A DNA stretch of 64,000 nucleotides. Origin: Carpediemonas membranifera BICM (Eukaryota > Protista > Fornicata). This document shows, one piece after another, positions 56,639 through 64,000 of the stretch. The position numbers and the translations under genes were made by a program. A model generated the notes under the pieces. It was not told the DNA's origin. It saw only the letters and a program-made list of their open reading frames with translations, and made no database searches. Each line of letters opens with the position of its first letter. The first letter of the stretch is position 1. Location: NCBI GenBank assembly GCA_019828565.1, contig JAHDYR010000025.1, forward strand, positions 960,509 through 1,024,508, read 5' to 3'.

Positions 56639-58375
56639 CGTTGGTGCAACCCGGCTAACCCCCCCTTCGAGGGCATGACGTGGTGCCAACACCATAAGCG
56701 CTGGGGTTCCCACAAGCCTGACGTCTGCTCGCTCGTCGTGGGCAGGGCCAACACGGCTGATATCACGAAGCCGGCCCGTCAGCAACTTACCTTACCTTAC
56801 CTTACAGAAGGTGGCAGGGGGGCAACCGTGGAGAATCCTTGAGCTCATCAGAGCCTGGTCGAGGTCGGCCACCCGAATATCTTCGCCTAACATCCCGTGC
56901 AGACTGGCGACGATATTCCCGTTGGCGGGGTCAAAGACTATGACCGCCCCTTCGCATATGACGGCCTCATCCCCCGCCTTGGATGCGGGTTTGGACGCTT
57001 CGAAGTCAATGCACCCGATCAGCATCCTCTTGCCCTGCGGGTTGGTGAGCGGGCAGGACGGGGGGAGTCTGCTGTTGGCTGACAGTTCTCTACCCCTTGG
57101 CGGGTTGACGTCACTATCACTACCAGGGACTCTTCTGGCCGAGTCGTCGGCGTTGGGCCGGGGGCCATCTTGGGTACCCCCGGTCTCCGAGCCCGCACTT
57201 TCGCCGCTGGGCATGGTGGCGGGGTTCCCCCCGCTAGTTGGGTTCCAACCTGCTTCGCCCCCAATGAACGAGGGGGCGACTGGATCGCCCATGTTGGGTT
57301 GGCCAGTGGTCGGGTCGCCGCCGTTGTGCGGGGCAACGCCCAGGTTGCCCCCTGGTGGGTGGGTCCGTCCTTGGGCCGCCGTTGGGCGGGCTATCACCTG
57401 CACTTGCTCTGCCATTATTCGGTGGGGGGTGACCGGGTTGCCCTCGTGGGGTGGGTTGTCGGTTTGCTCGTTGCCCTTGGGCGGGCCGTCCCCTGTGGAT
57501 TCGGTGACGAGCAGCTTGGTACCCTGGTCCGCCATCCAGATGTTTGCGATCCTGCTAACGAGGGTGGAAGCGTCGCAGAGGTCCGGGTGGATGAACTCAG
57601 GGGCCGGCATTGGCCGGGTAGTAGTATCCCATGCGGCCCACAGCTCTTTGAAGCCCGGAACCGTCCAGCGAAGCACTAAGTCTTCGGCCTCACTGCGCGC
57701 TAGCTCGTCGCCGGCAATGTTGAGGGCTGAATCCGTGGGTGTCCTGCTAACCAACACAGGTCTGGTCTCCCCATCGGTCCTGCTGTAGACAGCTATCGCG
57801 GAGAACATGCCACCTTCCCAGGGCTTGACGGCCTGTCCGTCAAGGGGGGGGAAGCCTCCTGCTGGGGGTCTGGGGCTGAGGGGGACGGGGGCATCCTCCC
57901 AGGCCCGACCTAGGGCCGCCCACTTGTTGTTGACGTTGTTGTGGGCTCTGTCCGCACCTGGCGCTTTCGCTGAGCCGGCTGTGGCTTGGCCGCCTGCCTT
58001 GAGGAGCCAGGCGGCGCTCTGCTGGCCGAACCTTGTCCTGATCCCAGGCCCTGTGAGGCTTTGGTGACCTGCGGCCTTGAATGTGCTGGCAACTAGCTCG
58101 AACAGCAAGGATCTAGCCGGTGGCGGGCTTGATACCTTGAAGTTGGCGGCGTTATCCCTCGAGAAGATCACTGTGGTGTTGTTGCACTTGGCGAGGATGG
58201 AATCGGCTGCTCTTCGGACTTTTTGCCACTCTTCGGTCGTAGCTAAGCGTTTTCCAAGCTTGGTGAGCTCTGTTCCAGCTTCGTCTACATCATTCCCCCG
58301 GCCCATGGCTTGTTGGGGGAACTTTGTGTTTGTGGCCGAAATTGGTCTCAAAAAGTCAGAGGGGAAAGTCGGCAT
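56600..58375 (-). CDS. Antisense insert in Gypsy-B encoding a protein with a DEDD-exonuclease-like C-terminus
   Basis: Long ORF ending IGCIDFEAS...VICEGAVIVFD...ILHG; stop lies inside (GTAAG)4; the same frame continues to 56600. Confidence 0.5.
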
Positions 58376-59610
58376 GAATCCCCCGGGGGGGGAGCCCTCC
58401 CTGCCCGCCTCGCCTGTAGCCAACCCCGTCCCCTGTTCGGGTAAGGCGGTTATCCGCGACGCGAACCAGGAGCCGACGACCGCGGACATCCACCAACTGC
58501 CGATTAGGATGCCCGGCGCCAACACCCAGGTGTCCCTCGAGTGGCCGTTCCACGTGTTGCATGGGAAGGGTCACTCCATCCTGCTGGGACGAGACATCCT
58601 GCGGGAGGTTGGTCTCCTCACGGACACCACCCTGATCATCCCATCCGACACGCCCGTCGAGGATGATGATGACATCAACCCTGTCGGATTCCTCGACTTC
58701 GAGGGTGACACAACGGACACCAGCGACGTGGAGGCGCGGATCGCTGCCGAGCTCTCTAAGATTACCATACCCGAGGCCCCCTCCACGACGAGCTAACTGC
58801 ATTAGTCCATGAGTTCCGCGAGCTTTTCGACCCCGTCCTACCGGCCGAGGGCTCCACCCTTCCAGCCTTCACCATCGAGCTGATCGCCCCCTTCACGACC
58901 AAGGCCTCGCCCCGACCTGTCAAGGGGTATCTCGATGTGGTCCAGAAGGAGATCGATCGCCTCCTGCGGGAGGGAATCATCCAGCCGAGCACTAGCCCCG
59001 TCGCGTGCCCCCATGTCCTGGCGGATAAGAAGGGAGGGGAGAAGCGTTTCTGCGTCGCATACAACCCCCTTAATGACGCATCAGCCAAGGACGCATACCC
59101 CCTTCCAGACATGAGGGACTTCCTGAACGCGGCGGCGGGTTCGTCTTTCTTCGGCAGTTTCGACCTTCGTTCTGGTTACAACCAGATGTGGCTCGCCCCG
59201 GAAGCAATGCCTCTAACCTCATTCGTCGTGCCCGGTGGACAGTATGAGTACCGCAGGCTCCCGTTCGGGCTGGCCAACGCCCCTGGTCGCTTCCAGAGGG
59301 CCATGGACACGGCGCTCAGAGACGTGCCTGGCAAGAGCGTCAATGTCGACGACATCCTCAACTACGCTGACTCGCCCGAGCTGTACTTGGGTCGCACTAG
59401 ACAGCTGTTCGAGGCCCTTCGGGCCTGCCGTCTCCGCCTCAAGGCGGAGAAGTGCACTCTCGGCGCGCCTGAGACAGAGGCGCTCGGTTTCGTTGTCAAT
59501 AAGGAGGGCTCTCGTATCTCGGATAAGCGCAAGCAGGCCATGCTCGAGCTGCCACCCCCGTCAGATATACGAGAGCTGAGGCGGACCCTTGGGAAGTTCA
59601 ACTTCCTAGC

Positions 59611-62600
59611 GGGGGAGGAAGAAGAAGTTTAGATGGTGCTGTGATTCTCACCCCGGGCCTTCTTGCTCCCATTTTCCTGGCCTAAGGTTAACCGGGGCAC
59701 TCCTGGCTCTCTCAGTGCTGGGTTACACGCTCTGAGCCAGCCACCTTACTGCGTCGGCTTTGATTCGGTTCCAATCAGTCTAGGAGCTCTTCAGCTCTCT
59801 CCGTACGGTGTTGCTGTTTTCCTGTCTCTAATAGTGCCCGACACGCTATTAGGGCGTAGACATCTGTCCCCGGCACCTTCGCAGGTGGGTTCTTCCCCCA
59901 CAGGTCTTTTTGTCTATGGCTCTCTCCATTCTCTGATGATTCTCTGCGTTCCTCGGACATAGGCACCCTCTCTTCTGTCCGGGAGATACTCTTCAATGCC
60001 CCCACGACCCTGTTACGCGATCTACCCGAAGGCGGGGATAGCCACTATGTTCTCTGGGACAGTCTCCGGTTAGGTCGACTGGAATCTCTGAATAAGCCAC
60101 GCCCGTGCTTGGGGGTCGTGTGACTCAGCGCTTCACTCCCAGGTCAGCATGGGCTGCATCTTCCGAGTCTCTCCTTTTCCGTTAACAAGGGCGGCAACAC
60201 TCCCATCCTGCTGTCTGTTCCCCTACGCCGGGTTCCCAGTATCTCTCAGGTCATTTCGGTCTGCTGCAACCAGTTGTTGGTTTTCTCTGATCTCTTAGCT
60301 TTGTGGATTTTCTCTGTGCCCTCTGCGTTTCTCTCACTCTATCTTGAACCTCTTGTAAATCTTTGCTAATGCTTGGAGTCCAGCCCGGAGGCCTTCCCAT
60401 TCTCTCTCAGATGCTTTGCTGAGGATGAAATGCATTTCTTGTATTGGTCTTTCCTCGTACCATTGTTTGTCTGGGTTTGACCCACTTCGCAGTGGCGACT
60501 TCTCTGCGGAGCATCTTGCTTCATTCATAATTTCGGTCCAGCCGGTCCCTCTGTCCACCCCGCTACATTCGCATATTATATGAGAGGCTGACCCTAACCT
60601 CTGAGCGGCTGCCCATTCTCTAATCCATATCTCTCTCTGCGCCTCAGGTGGGTTTTCTCTGTGATTCTGTATAGGAGATCTAGCTCCGGTTTTGCGGAGC
60701 ATAGCGGACATGTTCTTTCTATGGTCTCTTTGTCTCTTAGGTTCCTGGTTAACATGCACAGTGCTCTCTTGGGTCCTTGCCCTTTCCCAGCTGAGCTGGG
60801 CGATGGGCAGATATTTGCTGCCACTGTCGCTATCTTTGACCATTCTCCAAAGGATTGTCCGTTCGCAGGCTTTCTCTTGATCAGTGCTTTGCCATAAATG
60901 CTCTGCTTGCCAGTCTCGCCCCCATTACATCCATCATTGACCTTGCAGTCTTGCTCTTCTCTCTGCTGGCGTATTCATTCCAGATGAGCTTGGTGCCCCA
61001 TGCCAGTCGGCTCTCTATTGATGACTCTGGGTTGGTGTCCTTGAGGATTTGCTCTGCTCTCTTCTTGGTTTTACCCATTATTGTCTCTGGTCCCCAAACC
61101 AAATCACTTATTGGGGTGTCCCATTTCTCGAATGCTAAGTATCTCTTCAGTGCGAGGGTATCTAGATGTGTCTCCAAATCTGGCCAGCCGTTCAATAGCC
61201 TCATAGCCGCTCCACCTCCCGGGCCTGTCCCAGCTATAATGCCCTGCCAGTCGTTCCATATTTTCTTCCCTCCAGGCTCGTGTCCCCATATCTCTATTCC
61301 AAACATGATTCTGGGCCATATGTATGTCTCTAGGAGTAGTCTGGCAGTCTTTGCCGGCATGCTCTTTCGGGTCCATCCTGTCCACCTTGCCAGATTCTTA
61401 TATCTTTCACTTTGATACTTCTTTCTCATCATACAGGCCACTAGAGGGTAATTCCCACTCGACAGCCAAATTCCTAAGTATCTCGCTTCCTCTGCCGCCC
61501 ACAGCGTTACCCCGCCCAGCCTAATTACTGCTGTTCTATCTCTACTTACCATCAAATTCTTTTGAGGCATTTGCCCTCATTTCATGCTCTTCTATGATCT
61601 CTAGCATCCACTCCGCTAGTCTCTTTGCCTCCTCTGGTGTGTCTGCAGTGACTGCCGTGTCATCGACGAACATGGTTAGGTTGCCTGGCAGGGGATCTTC
61701 CCTTGGTTCAATTCTCTTTGGTGCTTCTCTGATGTCGTAGTTCTCTTTTGTTGCTTTCTTCCTTGCCAGGTACGGCCAGTTTGCCATGTATAACAGGAAC
61801 AAAGTTGGTGCAAGAACGCATCCTTGCTTCACCCCTCTGTTTGTTCTCTCCCACCTGGTAGCTCCTTTCACTGTGATCCACGTCTCCTCTAAGGTACTCT
61901 GTATTGGCCTGATGAGGTGACTCTTGACTCCCATCCTTTCCAGCTTGTCCATCAGGATGTCTCGTGGGACGGTGTCATATGCTTTCTCTATGTCTAGGAA
62001 TATCGACGTGGTACCTTTGCCACTCTGGTGTCTCTGGACTATGTATTGAATCTGCTGGATCACCTCCTTCTCAGTCTGGAACCCTGCTTGTTCTCTTGGT
62101 ATATAACTCTTCGTTGCTTGTTCCAGTCTGTTCTTCAGCAGCCTTCCGTAAACTCTAATTAGTAACGGCGTGAGCGATATTGGCCTATAGCTCTCTGCCT
62201 TGACCTTGGACTTTCCGGTCTTGTGTATGGCCGATATGGTCGCGTACTTCCATGTGGTCGGGATCTGGCCTTCTCTATAAATTTTGTTGATCAGCCTCGT
62301 GATTTCTCTGATGCTTTTCGTGCTTAGGTCTCTGATCATTTCTCCTGACACTTGGTCCGGCCCCACGGCCGTGTCTCTCTTTATTCTCTTGATCGCTGCT
62401 TGAACCTCTACTGCTTGGAACTCTCTCTTTGGCGCATGCCCCTCCCAGCTTCTCCACACAGGGTCTCTCCCTTGGCTTACTGTTGCATATTGCTTCAGTA
62501 GTGTCTCTCCGATGACTGTTTTGTCTGTTGTTATACATCCGTCTTTGATTAAACTGTTAGGCATTCCCTTGTATTGGTTTTCACACCACCATCTCTTGAT

Positions 62601-63878
62601 TGCTCCTTCTATGACCACTCTGCTAGCTCTGTATCCAGCTTTGATGCTGGACTCAACATCTTGCACCCAGTCTATGCGCATTTTTTCTCTAAAATCTCGG
62701 AGTTCTCTTTGCAATGTTTCCTTTTTTCCTCAAATTCCCGTCCTCACTCCAGGGGGTGAGACCGATTTCGGACCACACTGCTGTTGTATACACCGGGTCT
62801 CTCTCTGTTTTCCTCTTCCTAGAGCGCGGTATCTCTTCTCCTATGTCTCTCCTGACTCTTGTTTCCCATTGGTCTATTGATTGATTGGGTTTTAGGTGAC
62901 TTACTCCGGCGCTGCCTTCTCTTGCCTTCATTGGCCATACATTCGCGTTCGCAATGTCAACCCACTCCTCCTGGCTATCTCTCTTGTTGAAGTCTCTCTC
63001 TTCCCAGGTGAGAATGATTCCCTCATGGGCTGAGCCCCAGACCCCCAGGTTGCCCGAATCAATCACTTCCGCCGAACAACTCTGGATATTCCTTGATACC
63101 AGTGCATAGTCTGGTGTGGTACCGGCTGAGGGGTAGGCGGGTCTCACCGGAGCTATTACCCTGAGGCCATAGTCTCTCAGTAGCTGCCTCCATCTACCAC
63201 TTCTGTTCATACCTGATGCTGGTTCGTTCCAGTCTCCAACTAGTATGACCTCCATATTCCCTTTTGTTTCTAGTAAGTCTCTAATATCATTGCGGAACTT
63301 ATCCTTTTCTGCCGCCGTGTGGTTAGATCCTGGGGCGTATACTGTTACCACCAACACATCTCTGCCTGTTTTCAGTATGCTTGCCTGTACTCTTCCCGAA
63401 ATGCTGTCTGTGATGCCTAATTCCCATGTTCCTCTGGCGTGAGGACTTATTACCGTCGCTACTCCTTCTCTGGTTGTTCTCTTCCTTATGTTCGTGAAAC
63501 CCTGCGGTGGTGTGATTCCTCTTCTCTTCAGATCTCGCGCTGCTCTGATGCTGGTGGTTTTCTCTTGTTTGTATTCTTCTTGGACCGATTCCTCAGTTTC
63601 TTTTCCAGCTAGTGCATACTGTAAGTCCACAAAGCTATCAATCTTTGTATTCGCTGTTCTCCATGTCTCTTGCAATAGTATACCTTCAACTCCATGCCTG
63701 TTTGTCTGTAACATTGTTGCTATGGATGGAGTAAAGTCCTTCCCTTTCCCAATATGTCCTTGTGAGTTAAGGCTTGCTATCTTCATTGTTACCATCTCTA
63801 GCTTTGTTGTTCACTAAACTGCGGAAATTCCGCTTAATTTGAAATCTCTGTCCATTACTTAGGTTCCAGTGGTTCAAC
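59611..63878 (-). mobile_element. APE-type non-LTR retrotransposon (LINE) nested in Gypsy-B RT
   Basis: 14-bp TSD TTCAACTTCCTAGC at 59597..59610 and 63879..63892; APE (SLNSQG, LQET, VYAP, GDWN, PDY), RT (YRPISL, DIEKAYD, GVKQG, FVDD), CPLC...H...C; frameshifted ORF 63795 to 60334. Confidence 0.95.
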
Positions 63879-64000
63879 TTCAACTTCCTAGCTCGCTACA
63901 TTGACGGCCTGAGCACTATCGCCCAGTCTCTTTGCGAGCTTTTGAAGGAAGACACGGACTTCGTGTGGTCCGATGCACACCAGACTGCCTTCGAGGAGCC

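Larger units (their letters stand above)
55501..64000 (+). mobile_element. Second Ty3/Gypsy LTR retrotransposon (Gypsy-B), disrupted, runs off the window
   Basis: Begins TG at the R10 breakpoint; putative LTR 55501..55579; gag-like ORF to 56638; PR half ILLGRDIL near 58580; RT (KRFCVAYNPLN, FDLRSGYNQ, NVDD) 58800..59610 resumes at 63893. Confidence 0.85.

Noticed and set aside
1-64000. CRISPR array, rRNA, or prokaryotic origin
   Set aside because: No regularly spaced repeats or rRNA motifs were seen; introns and eukaryote-specific genes are present.

Overview
Eukaryotic, gene-dense, intron-poor DNA of moderately high GC. Short GT-AG introns and the gene set suggest a protist, possibly a metamonad (Carpediemonas-like); the taxon is inference only. 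Single-copy genes include a pseudokinase-HECT-like-RhoGEF fusion, a bacterial-type D-lactate dehydrogenase, a BRWD/PHIP-like protein, a divergent Rho-like GTPase, Nse4, TBCB, V-ATPase subunit c and a FAM227-like protein. Interspersed among them are 10 copies (R1-R10) plus 2 relics of one cytoplasmic RCC1-like beta-propeller family. The copies are mosaics of short interchangeable variable cassettes in a near-identical framework (four-gamete test positive), and only 3 have intact ORFs. This is the best candidate for an undescribed system: a gene-conversion-diversified propeller repertoire. All four primary retroelement insertions lie in or against this family: a complete chromovirus-type Ty3/Gypsy element (102-bp LTRs, extra antisense ORF), a solo LTR, a CRE-like non-LTR element, and a second Gypsy element. 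The second Gypsy itself carries an antisense exonuclease-like insert and a nested LINE. Both Gypsy elements have a perfect 10-bp palindrome where a tRNA primer-binding site is expected.
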